Position numbers and translations under genes: made by a program
Virus record (IMG/VR): IMGVR_UViG_2974779332_000001
Location: 32,001 to 96,000 of that record
Origin: a virus
Lineage: Duplodnaviria > Caudoviricetes
DNA: 64,000 nucleotides
Strand: one strand, 5' to 3'
The notes under the pieces: generated by a model
Seen by the model: the letters and a program-made list of their open reading frames with translations, nothing else
Databases searched by the model: none
What the model was told of the DNA's origin: nothing
Shown: piece by piece, positions 49,924 to 57,197 of the stretch
Layout: each line of letters begins with the position of its first letter
Position numbering within the stretch: position 1 is the stretch's first letter

Positions 49924-51570
49924 ATGTCAAACGCACTTAACAACGCTGCCAAGAGTCTGAACAAGACTCCTCAGTCTCAGAAGGCTAAGGCAAGTCAGGT
50001 CAAGAACAACGCTGGTGGATTCGTCTTCCAGGTTTCTGACCAGGCTCGTCTAGAGCGATTCTTGATTCTGGGTGTCGATGGCGGTACGTATTACGTCAGT
50101 GAGGTCAATCATGCTATGAGCAATGTTGGCTTCCTCAACGAGATGATTGAGCGAGACGAAGCCTCTGTTCTGCGCACCATTGTAGACGTGTCTACAAGTG
50201 GTCGTGCGTACAAGCAGTCTCCTGCCCTGTATGCTCTAGCCTCTGTTATTGCCAACGGCAAGGACAAGCAGGCAGTTAAGGCAGTATTCAATCGTGTCGT
50301 TCGTACAGGTACCCACTTGTACGAGGTCATGAACTACCTCACCTCTCTCAAGATTGGTTGGGGTCGTTCAAAGCGAGAGATTGTTGCTTCTTGGTTCGAC
50401 AAGGATGCTGACAAGCTGGCTTACCAGGCGGTCAAGTACCGTTCTCGTAAGTTTGGAGAGCAGACCTGGACGCTCCGAGACGTAATGCGTCTTTCACACC
50501 CACGAGATGTGAACACATCTGTTGTGGACTTTGTTCTTGGCAAGTCTCATGATTCTATCGATGACCTTCGGGTTATCGAGGGATTCAAGAAGATGCAGAG
50601 GGCTCAGTCTGTTGACGATGTTCACGCTGTTCTTCGTGAGTACGAGATGCTTTCATGGGAGACAATCCCAACTCAGTTCCTCAAGGATGTGAGTGTATGG
50701 AAGCGAATCTTTGCTAACGGACAACTTCGTGGCCAGGCTCTGGTTCGAAACATCACTCGCCTAGCGCGAATTGGTGCTTTCCAGGACATGCGCTTTGCTG
50801 CTGCTTATGCAGGACAGCTAACGAATCAGGAAATGATTGTACAGACTCGTCTGCACCCAATTAACTTCCTGAACGCTACTGTCGTGTATAACGAAGGCCA
50901 GATGAAGACCGTAAAGGACCGATATGGCTGGGACCGCGAGCAGCGAGTAAAGGACTGGACAACTGAGAGTGTTATCGTGGATGCCCTCAACGAGGGATTC
51001 CACAAGGCATTCAAGGCTGTTGAGCCTGCTGGAAAGCGAACGATGCTAGCCATCGACGTTTCAGGTTCTATGAGTGCAAAGGCTAACGGTCTCGACCTTA
51101 GCTGTGCTCAGGTTTCTGGCGCAATGGCAATGACCATCGCTCGTACCGAGCCTGCTCACATCATCCGTGGATTCACGTGTGATGGTTACAGCTACAGGAA
51201 CAGTGGTCTTACCAACCTAGGCATTTCTGCAAACACCGACCTTGCTACGGTAATGCGTAAGGTGCAGCGAAGTAACTTTGGTGGCACAGACTGTGCGCTT
51301 CCTATGGTTTGGGCCAAGGACAACAAGGTTGAGGTTGACACCTTTGTGGTTATCACTGATAACGAGACATGGGCTGGCAACATTCATCCTTTCCAGGCCC
51401 TCAAGGACTACAGGAAGGCTACGGGCATTGACGCTCGTTTGGCTGTTCTTGGTGTTGCGGCAACGCCGTTTACCATTGCAGACCCAAGCGACTCAGGCAT
51501 GATGGATTTCGTTGGCTTTGATAGCAACGCACCTCGTGCGCTCGCAGATTTCTCTGCTGGTCGTATCTGA
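49924..51570 (+). CDS. rsr: Ro60 / TROVE-vWA RNA-binding protein
   Basis: NNAGGF.F, RLERFLILG..GGTYY, YQAVKYR.R, D.MRLSHP, RLHP, DVSGSM, GGTDCALP, ITDNETWAG, GFD. Confidence 0.95.
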   Translation: MSNALNNAAKSLNKTPQSQKAKASQVKNNAGGFVFQVSDQARLERFLILGVDGGTYYVSEVNHAMSNVGFLNEMIERDEASVLRTIVDVSTSGRAYKQSPALYALASVIANGKDKQAVKAVFNRVVRTGTHLYEVMNYLTSLKIGWGRSKREIVASWFDKDADKLAYQAVKYRSRKFGEQTWTLRDVMRLSHPRDVNTSVVDFVLGKSHDSIDDLRVIEGFKKMQRAQSVDDVHAVLREYEMLSWETIPTQFLKDVSVWKRIFANGQLRGQALVRNITRLARIGAFQDMRFAAAYAGQLTNQEMIVQTRLHPINFLNATVVYNEGQMKTVKDRYGWDREQRVKDWTTESVIVDALNEGFHKAFKAVEPAGKRTMLAIDVSGSMSAKANGLDLSCAQVSGAMAMTIARTEPAHIIRGFTCDGYSYRNSGLTNLGISANTDLATVMRKVQRSNFGGTDCALPMVWAKDNKVEVDTFVVITDNETWAGNIHPFQALKDYRKATGIDARLAVLGVAATPFTIADPSDSGMMDFVGFDSNAPRALADFSAGRI

Positions 51571-51574
51571 GATT

Positions 51575-51598
51575 GCCCCTCTTCGGAGGGGCTTTCTT
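51575..51598 (+). terminator. intrinsic terminator after Ro60
   Basis: GCCCCTC-TTCG-GAGGGGC-TTTCTT. Confidence 0.8.
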
Positions 51599-51603
51599 GG
51601 TTC

Positions 51604-51632
51604 TTGACACAGCTCTGTTGATGCTGTAGCTT
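51604..51632 (+). promoter_or_regulatory. sigma70-type promoter (leaderless gene follows)
   Basis: TTGACA-17 bp-TAGCTT; ATG 6 nt after the -10 box. Confidence 0.6.
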
Positions 51633-51638
51633 AGACAC

Positions 51639-51818
51639 ATGAAGGACGACGAGCCTGGCGTTTCAATCCTAAGTCTGTTGAGAATGCTAAGGCGAAGAAA
51701 GATTCGGCCGGTAGTTCAAATGTCTACCTGTGGCCACTGTAAAACCAAGTACGATGTTCATAAGGGCCACATGTGTCCTTATGTAAAGGAACTCTATTCA
51801 AAGGTGGAGAAGTCATGA
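51639..51818 (+). CDS. small Zn-finger protein (not in ORF track)
   Basis: 59 aa, CGHC...H.C; ATGA overlap with next gene. Confidence 0.55.
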   Translation: MKDDEPGVSILSLLRMLRRRKIRPVVQMSTCGHCKTKYDVHKGHMCPYVKELYSKVEKS

Positions 51819-52021
51819 GTTACAGGGCAGAGACCTTCACTCGTACTGGCAACGGTAAGATGGCCAACAGCATCAAGGCTTTGGCTACGAGTTGCCACTT
51901 GAAGGTAAACAGTTTCAGTGCCCCTGGTTGGGTACTCAAGACCATTACCATTACGGTATACGGTCACGTAGATGACATTGCTCGCTTCGAGAGCCAGCTT
52001 CCGGAAGGTGTCCAGTCTTGA
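51815..52021 (+). CDS. hypothetical protein
   Basis: GGAG RBS, coupled ORF. Confidence 0.55.
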   Translation: MSYRAETFTRTGNGKMANSIKALATSCHLKVNSFSAPGWVLKTITITVYGHVDDIARFESQLPEGVQS

Positions 52022-52410
52022 GCAACAGCTTTTATCATGCTCAAAGCTCTGCACGGAAGTGGGGAGGTGAGCCAGAGGATTACATTGCCATTCACGAATG
52101 GATTGATGCATCCAAGGCTCACTTCGGAGACGCCCGGCACAGAGCATTGCGTCATCACACAGAAGGATGTTGGGAGGCTGAGAGAGTCTTTGGCCTCACC
52201 ATCACAGTAAAGAAGAAAAATGGCATGGGCGAACTACGTGTCCCTGTTCGTGAAATTGCTGAGCAGCATGTCTTTGAGGACTTGGGGTACATTCCCTCTC
52301 TTGCCGACTGGCTTGAGAACATGACTCTTAAGACATGGATGGGCGGCAAGGTAAAGAAGTTCATGGGACGTGAAGACGTTCTCAACACTGTTAAGAAAGA
52401 GGCAAAGTGA
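52018..52410 (+). CDS. His-rich putative metal-binding protein (DUF6915-like)
   Basis: HA.SS..KWGG..EDY..IH.W.D.SK....D.RHRA.RHH...EQHV.EDLG. Confidence 0.65.
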   Translation: MSNSFYHAQSSARKWGGEPEDYIAIHEWIDASKAHFGDARHRALRHHTEGCWEAERVFGLTITVKKKNGMGELRVPVREIAEQHVFEDLGYIPSLADWLENMTLKTWMGGKVKKFMGREDVLNTVKKEAK

Positions 52411-52937
52411 CTAACGAAGTATTCGGTCGTCCAATCAAGGGTGACATCAATCACTACACTGGTGCGCTTCCTGAGCAAGAGAATCCAGAGAAGTTCATCG
52501 AAGCTCTTGATAAGCTGCTTGACCATCCGATGGTCTCTAAGGTACGCTGGACGCAGTACACACCGTACTTCAACGACGGTGAGGCTTGTGAGTTCAGCTC
52601 ACATGGTGCCGAGGTCTCTCTAGTTGGTCTTGAGGCTGGCGAAGAGGGCCTTGAAACTGATGAGGGCAAGTGGTACGATGAGGGCGACGAAGTGTTCCTC
52701 GGTGAATATGACATGTACACCTACAAGTATGGTGACGATGGTCGTATTGACTATGACGCCGGTAGGCAGTATGTTGTAGGTGGCGTTGATACTACCGACG
52801 TTGCCACAGCACTTGCTGAATTCGAGGGTGCACTTAACGCACATCACTACGTATGGCTCAACGAGACCTTTGGAGACCCGGCAGAAGTGACGGCAACCAA
52901 GGACGGTTTCGAGGTAGAGCATTACGAGCACGACTAA
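52407..52937 (+). CDS. hypothetical acidic protein
   Basis: W.QYTPYFNDG..C.F motif; coupled to the previous gene. Confidence 0.65.
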   Translation: MTNEVFGRPIKGDINHYTGALPEQENPEKFIEALDKLLDHPMVSKVRWTQYTPYFNDGEACEFSSHGAEVSLVGLEAGEEGLETDEGKWYDEGDEVFLGEYDMYTYKYGDDGRIDYDAGRQYVVGGVDTTDVATALAEFEGALNAHHYVWLNETFGDPAEVTATKDGFEVEHYEHD

Positions 52938-52945
52938 GGAGATAA

Positions 52946-53131
52946 ATGTCTTTGGACCACATTGATGCAGAGCGTGTTCTTGACCTAATTTCCGGCACTA
53001 TAGATGGTGGCTGGAATGATGGAATAGAGGCGTTTGTTGGTGCGTCAAATGACGGAGAGACCTTGACTGTCGAAGTTGAAGACGACGACGGTAATACAAA
53101 GAAGTTCTTTCTGTCAATAGAACAAGCCTAG
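52946..53131 (+). CDS. hypothetical protein
   Basis: AGGAG RBS, 61 aa. Confidence 0.6.
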   Translation: MSLDHIDAERVLDLISGTIDGGWNDGIEAFVGASNDGETLTVEVEDDDGNTKKFFLSIEQA

Positions 53132-53187
53132 GCCAAAGCCTTCATAATTACTAGTCCTATATAATGATTATGAAGGCGAGGTGAAAC

Positions 53188-53466
53188 ATGGCTTACTACC
53201 AGATTTCTCAGTTCTACTACAATTCAGAGACCAACAACATCATTGTTCAGTTTGCTCTAGTTGGGGAGCCACCAGAGTATGATACACTAGCTGGTGACCT
53301 TCCATACGATGTGTATGAGGCAGAAATCTTCCTTGATGCTGGTCAGAATAAGGTAGGACAGTACATTCCAGGCTCCTCAGATGGTACGATTGAACCACAG
53401 ACCCTAGGTCGCGACATTGGTCAGTCTCCACAGGAGATTCCTGACGTTCCACTACCACCAGCTTGA
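53188..53466 (+). CDS. hypothetical protein
   Basis: GAGGTG RBS, 92 aa. Confidence 0.6.
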   Translation: MAYYQISQFYYNSETNNIIVQFALVGEPPEYDTLAGDLPYDVYEAEIFLDAGQNKVGQYIPGSSDGTIEPQTLGRDIGQSPQEIPDVPLPPA

Positions 53467-53491
53467 CAGGCTCAAGCTAGTCGGCTAGACT
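53463..53491 (+). promoter_or_regulatory. sigma70-type promoter
   Basis: TTGACA-17 bp-TAGACT. Confidence 0.7.
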
Positions 53492-53530
53492 AGTAACACA
53501 ACGCAGGACGGAGCGTTCAAACCGTCATAT

Positions 53531-53601
53531 GCCGCTATTGTCTAAGGGTAGGATACAAGATTCTCAATCTTGTGGTCGGAGTTCAACTCTCCGTAGCGGT
53601 G
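53531..53601 (+). tRNA. tRNA-Glu(CUC)
   Basis: GCCGCTA/TAGCGGT, loop TTCTCAA. Confidence 0.92.
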
Positions 53602-53647
53602 CGCAACTTCCTTACCAAAGTCAAGATGACAACCGAGGAGGTAGTAA

Positions 53648-53832
53648 TGGAAAACTGCACATACTGTGGCAAGCAACTGGTTGACAGCGATGCTGGAGAC
53701 TGGTACGGTGATAGTGAGTGCACTGGAGAGCTTCGTTACGACGAAGACCCCTTCGCTGCTGAGATATACGATGACCACACATTCGTTTGGATGTGCGATG
53801 GTCAGAGGTACGAAAGCAGCATGGACATCTGA
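53648..53832 (+). CDS. small Cys-containing hypothetical protein
   Basis: GAGGAGG RBS; CTYCG...DPF..EI..D....W.C; start approximate. Confidence 0.55.
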
Positions 53833-53852
53833 TGTCCGCCCGTCAGGGCAAT

Positions 53853-53927
53853 GCCCCGTTGGTCTAGTGGTTTAGGATACCGGACTTTCAATCCGTGTGA
53901 ACGTCGGTTCGAATCCGACACGGGGTA
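53853..53927 (+). tRNA. tRNA-Glu(UUC)
   Basis: GCCCCGT/ACGGGGT, loop CTTTCAA. Confidence 0.92.
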
Positions 53928-53959
53928 CTCCAAAAAAAACAAACCGAAAGGTACAAAAA

Positions 53960-54163
53960 ATGTCTTGTCGTATCGCTGTCGTTCTCAAGGGTCAGCCGCA
54001 GGGTGTTCCGATTACCGGCCTTCGAGACCGTGAGCAGTACCGTGAGGCTTTCACCAAGGCAATTCAGGAGAAGGCTTCAACCATCACCATCGTTGACCAT
54101 GAGGGCGACCTTTACATCTTCGTGGTTGACCAGATTCAGGCGTTTGCTGTAGAATCTGAGTAA
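53960..54163 (+). CDS. hypothetical protein
   Basis: GAAAGG RBS, 67 aa. Confidence 0.6.
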   Translation: MSCRIAVVLKGQPQGVPITGLRDREQYREAFTKAIQEKASTITIVDHEGDLYIFVVDQIQAFAVESE

Positions 54164-54184
54164 GAGCAAGGCCGGAAGGCCGAT

Positions 54185-54255
54185 GCCCGCTTAGCTCAAT
54201 GGGAGAGCGACGGTTTTACACACCGTATACGGGGGTTCGATTCCCTCAGTGGGTA
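54185..54255 (+). tRNA. tRNA-Val(UAC)
   Basis: GCCCGCT/AGTGGGT, loop TTTACAC. Confidence 0.92.
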
Positions 54256-54342
54256 CGAGTCCCCGTCAGAGGCTAGAGGATGACGACCTACATTCTGACA
54301 GCGATTGGGCACACCATAGTTAGGATAGCCACGAATCGCATT

Positions 54343-54419
54343 GGGTTTGATTGGTATAAGGTTAGTGAAAGCCGACAATGGACCGCTGACTGTAGAGGGT
54401 TCGAATCCCTCCAAATCCA
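54343..54419 (+). ncRNA. tRNA-like RNA with Ala identity (G3-U70, A73), no D stem; tmRNA-TLD-like
   Basis: GGGTTTG/CAAATCC-A acceptor, unpaired ATTGGTATAAG, GTTAGT/GCTGAC helix with 18-nt loop, GAGGG-TTCGAAT-CCCTC. Confidence 0.6.
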
Positions 54420-54598
54420 CGTGGAAGGTGTTGAGGTGAGAGAAAAGTTGGTCACTCAGTATCTCTGCTCATTGTGTAAGGTCTAACCAACCATCACACC
54501 AGGCACGAATCTGGCCCTTCCGTAGACTTGATGATAAAGACCCCTAAGCTGATATTCCATATCAGCCGGACACTTGGCGGTGACGCCCTTCATCATAT

Positions 54599-54673
54599 GC
54601 TCCCATAGACCAATTGGCAGGAGTCGCACGGCTTAGACCCGTGAATGTGTCGGTTCGAATCCGACTGGGAGTA
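54599..54673 (+). tRNA. tRNA-Leu(UAG), short variable arm
   Basis: GCTCCCA/TGGGAGT, loop CTTAGAC. Confidence 0.88.
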
Positions 54674-54688
54674 CGTAAGAAATATAAT

Positions 54689-54762
54689 GCGCCGGTAGCC
54701 CAATGGCAGGAGGCACCAGTCTTAGGAACTGGACAGTGTGAGTTCGAGTCTCACTCGGCGTA
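54689..54762 (+). tRNA. tRNA-Leu(UAG), short variable arm
   Basis: GCGCCGG/TCGGCGT, loop CTTAGGA. Confidence 0.88.
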
Positions 54763-54814
54763 CGTTGGCTTTGTTCGCGACATAGCCAAATGCATATAGG
54801 GTCGCTCCCTATAT

Positions 54815-54941
54815 GAGGAACATAGTTTAAATGGGAGAACGGCGAAATGCGCTGTCGAACCAGAGGTGCTGCTGAGCTAAAGGCGGGTCCTCCTAGTAGA
54901 TAACAGAGTAGTCAGTGTCGGTTCGAATCCGACTGTTCCGC
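54815..54941 (+). ncRNA. tRNA body with a large structured insert replacing the anticodon arm
   Basis: GGAACA/TGTTCC acceptor, TAGTTTAAATGGGAGAAC D arm, GTCGG-TTCGAAT-CCGAC T arm; about 75 nt between D and T arms containing CTGT-CGAAC-CAGAGG...CCTC...ACAG. Confidence 0.65.
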
Positions 54942-54942
54942 T

Positions 54943-55082
54943 AGCCTGCGGTAGATACGGGAATGTAAGACGGCAAGGGAGTGTACAATCCTAAACCGCA
55001 TTGTCTCAACGGCCTTGCAAGGGGTATCTAGCTACAAGGTGAGAGCGTCTTGGTTGTTCCGGCTCATAACAGGAACCTCCCC
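54943..55082 (+). ncRNA. putative multi-pseudoknot ncRNA
   Basis: TGCGGT/ACCGCA, TAGATAC/GTATCTA, AAGACG/CGTCTT, GCAAGG/CCTTGC, GTTCC/GGAAC. Confidence 0.5.
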
Positions 55083-55084
55083 AA

Positions 55085-55155
55085 TCCGTAGTGGTGTAGT
55101 GGTAACATACTTCCTTGCCAAGGAAGCGTTGCGAGTTCGATTCTCGTCTACGGGA
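55085..55155 (+). tRNA. tRNA-Gly(GCC)
   Basis: TCCGTAG/CTACGGG, loop TTGCCAA. Confidence 0.9.
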
Positions 55156-55160
55156 CTCTT

Positions 55161-55235
55161 GCCCTAGTATTGGCCCGGCCTTCTAAGCCAGAGGCGCATA
55201 ACGGAAAGATGCAGGTTCGAATCCTGTCTAGGGTA
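55161..55235 (+). tRNA. atypical D-armless tRNA-Arg(UCU)
   Basis: GCCCTAG/CTAGGGT, GGC-CTTCTAA-GCC, TAACGG after the anticodon arm, GCAGG-TTCGAAT-CCTGT. Confidence 0.65.
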
Positions 55236-55251
55236 CGTGAAGGTAAGAAAG

Positions 55252-55404
55252 ATGGTCGTGTATTACAGCGGCGTCAGTGATGAAGAAGAGGACAAGCTTA
55301 TGGAAGCTGTTGAAAATGTCCTCTGTCCAAAGGCTGACGAGGAAGACCACGAATGCCGAATGCACTTTATGGCTTGGCGCACTGTTGACGACTACGATGA
55401 ATAA
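55252..55404 (+). CDS. small acidic hypothetical protein
   Basis: 50 aa, AAGG RBS. Confidence 0.5.
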   Translation: MVVYYSGVSDEEEDKLMEAVENVLCPKADEEDHECRMHFMAWRTVDDYDE

Positions 55405-55413
55405 TGAAAATGT

Positions 55414-55695
55414 ATGGTCGAAGGGTCTGGAGAGGACAGACTTATGAGGACTCTCCAAGAACTAATAAACAGTGGAGGGCTCATGAGAAGCGACAATGGC
55501 GAAGAGAAGCCCGTCTCCATGACCGACCTAGTAATGGCCGGTGTGCTGGTACTTGACGGAGCTGACGAAGAAGGTATATTCTTCGAGATAGATTGGGATA
55601 AGCTCCAAGCATATAGCATGGAATTGTATCTATACTTCCGGGAAGCCGAGATGATGGGCGAGCTAATTCCTGGTGATGATACAATGGAGGCATGA
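55414..55695 (+). CDS. hypothetical protein
   Basis: 93-aa ORF. Confidence 0.55.
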   Translation: MVEGSGEDRLMRTLQELINSGGLMRSDNGEEKPVSMTDLVMAGVLVLDGADEEGIFFEIDWDKLQAYSMELYLYFREAEMMGELIPGDDTMEA

Positions 55696-55847
55696 AGACA
55701 TATACAATCGCAGTAAGCCTTCTATTGTCAGTGGAAGCTCCTGACCAATCCGATGCTCTTGAAGCAGTCAAAGATACTTTCGGAGAAGGCGAAATCTGCG
55801 GCATAGATATAAAAGATGTCGAGGTTGAAGTAATTGATGAACTTTGA
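55692..55847 (+). CDS. small hypothetical protein
   Basis: GGAGG RBS, ATGA overlap, 51 aa. Confidence 0.55.
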   Translation: MKTYTIAVSLLLSVEAPDQSDALEAVKDTFGEGEICGIDIKDVEVEVIDEL

Positions 55848-56025
55848 CATGCTGTCCAATGTTCCTGGCATTGAGTTTAGACTTAAGTGCTCATTTTGCC
55901 CGGAGGAAGCAGACGGTGACTTGACAGTAGAGCTTGAACCTGGTATGTTTATACCACTGCCAATCTGTGAGTCTTGCCTAGTTGAACAGGCTAAGAACTT
56001 CAACATGATTGAGAGTCCTGAATAA
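55837..56025 (+). CDS. small Zn-binding protein
   Basis: CSFC...ICESC. Confidence 0.55.
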   Translation: MNFDMLSNVPGIEFRLKCSFCPEEADGDLTVELEPGMFIPLPICESCLVEQAKNFNMIESPE

Positions 56026-56032
56026 GGACTAT

Positions 56033-56104
56033 GGGCGATTAGTGTTAATGGGAGCACGTCAGTTTTGCACACTGATAGAGGGGGTTCGAGTCCCCCATTG
56101 TCCA
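56033..56104 (+). tRNA. tRNA-Ala(UGC)
   Basis: GGGCGAT/ATTGTCC with G3-U70, loop TTTGCAC. Confidence 0.92.
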
Positions 56105-56130
56105 CAACTCCTGCGCAGGGAGGTGCTAGA

Positions 56131-56205
56131 ATGAGTGTGGAACGTGCAATCGTAATCGTGATTCTAGTTGTACTAGCTGTATTCCTAATCACGACGCTTC
56201 TATAA
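56131..56205 (+). CDS. 24-aa single-TM peptide
   Basis: GGGAGGT RBS; MSVERAIVIVILVVLAVFLITTLL. Confidence 0.6.
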   Translation: MSVERAIVIVILVVLAVFLITTLL

Positions 56206-56270
56206 AAAAGAACTGGCTGGCCGATACGAACCCCATCGTATCCTTGCCCAAGGGTTAGGGACCAGCACTA

Positions 56271-56344
56271 GATTCAGTCGCAGAATTGGTACTGCAAAAG
56301 ACTCTTAATCTTTGAGGATGTGGGTTCGAGTCCCACCTGAATCA
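56271..56344 (+). tRNA. tRNA-Lys(CUU)
   Basis: GATTCAG/CTGAATC, loop CTCTTAA. Confidence 0.9.
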
Positions 56345-56401
56345 CGTTGGGTTAGGGGACGCACACCTGGCGAGGTGCCCGCCCAGCTCCACTTAAAACC
56401 C

Positions 56402-56429
56402 ACCCCAGTCCTCGTGGCTGGGGTTTTTT
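56402..56429 (+). terminator. intrinsic terminator
   Basis: ACCCCAGTC...GGCTGGGGT hairpin plus TTTTT. Confidence 0.75.
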
Positions 56430-56446
56430 ATGCTACAATAACTAGT

Positions 56447-56998
56447 ATGACTACACCAAAGAAGTACACTCCAAGGCCAGGCGATATTGGGCTCACCAGA
56501 ATTGGTGGCCTGACGGGCGTCCTAGTAGGTCTGGGGCAATTCATCATTCGAGACGCAAGCAGATACACTCATGCGTTTGTTGTTTTGGACAACGGGGAAG
56601 TTGTAGAAGCCATGCCAGGTGGAGCAATCATCAGCCCACTGGACAAGTATGCTGGAACTACCAAGTATGGAAGTCCACTGGCAGTCTATCTAGACATCAA
56701 GTTGACACCAGAACAGCGAGACGCTATCGTAAGAGAAGCCCGGCAGCTAGAAGGAACGCCATACAGCTTCCTTGACTATGTAGCCTTGGCTATGGAAAGA
56801 TTCGGTTTGAAGTGGAAGTGGGTAGAGAACAGAGTCACTTCCTCTAAGCACATGATATGCTCACAGCTAGCTGACGAAGCATACAATCGTGCTGGCGTCC
56901 ATCTCTTTGAAGATGGTAGACTATCCCAGAAGGTTACTCCAGGAGATTTGACCTATGTCGGATTTGACCAACGAGAAGATGAAGTGCTGGGGCTGTAA
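56447..56998 (+). CDS. permuted papain-like NlpC/P60 amidase (YiiX/YebB-like)
   Basis: PGD...THA...VEA (His first), G.PY, ICSQL...AY (Cys later), TPGDL. Confidence 0.8.
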   Translation: MTTPKKYTPRPGDIGLTRIGGLTGVLVGLGQFIIRDASRYTHAFVVLDNGEVVEAMPGGAIISPLDKYAGTTKYGSPLAVYLDIKLTPEQRDAIVREARQLEGTPYSFLDYVALAMERFGLKWKWVENRVTSSKHMICSQLADEAYNRAGVHLFEDGRLSQKVTPGDLTYVGFDQREDEVLGL

Positions 56999-57176
56999 GG
57001 CTGACAAGCCCAAGGACCAGTTCGACAAGAATCCAGCCTTGTGCAGAACATGCGTAGGTGGTACAGTAGTACCAAGAAGCACAAAGCGAGGACGCTCAAG
57101 AGGAAGCGGTGGCGGATTCGCTGATGCAGTTGGTGATTTTGTAGAAGGAATCATCGACGCAATCACAGGCAATTAG
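56978..57176 (+). CDS. small Zn-finger protein
   Basis: KCWGCK..KP...F.....CRTC. Confidence 0.55.
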
Positions 57177-57197
57177 TAAGACGCCCGTAAGGGCTAT

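Noticed and set aside
55161-55235. Amber suppressor (CUA) reading of the loop CTTCTAA
   Set aside because: Stem GGC/GCC defines the 7-nt loop C-T-TCT-A-A, so the anticodon is UCU; TAG is used as a normal stop in this genome.
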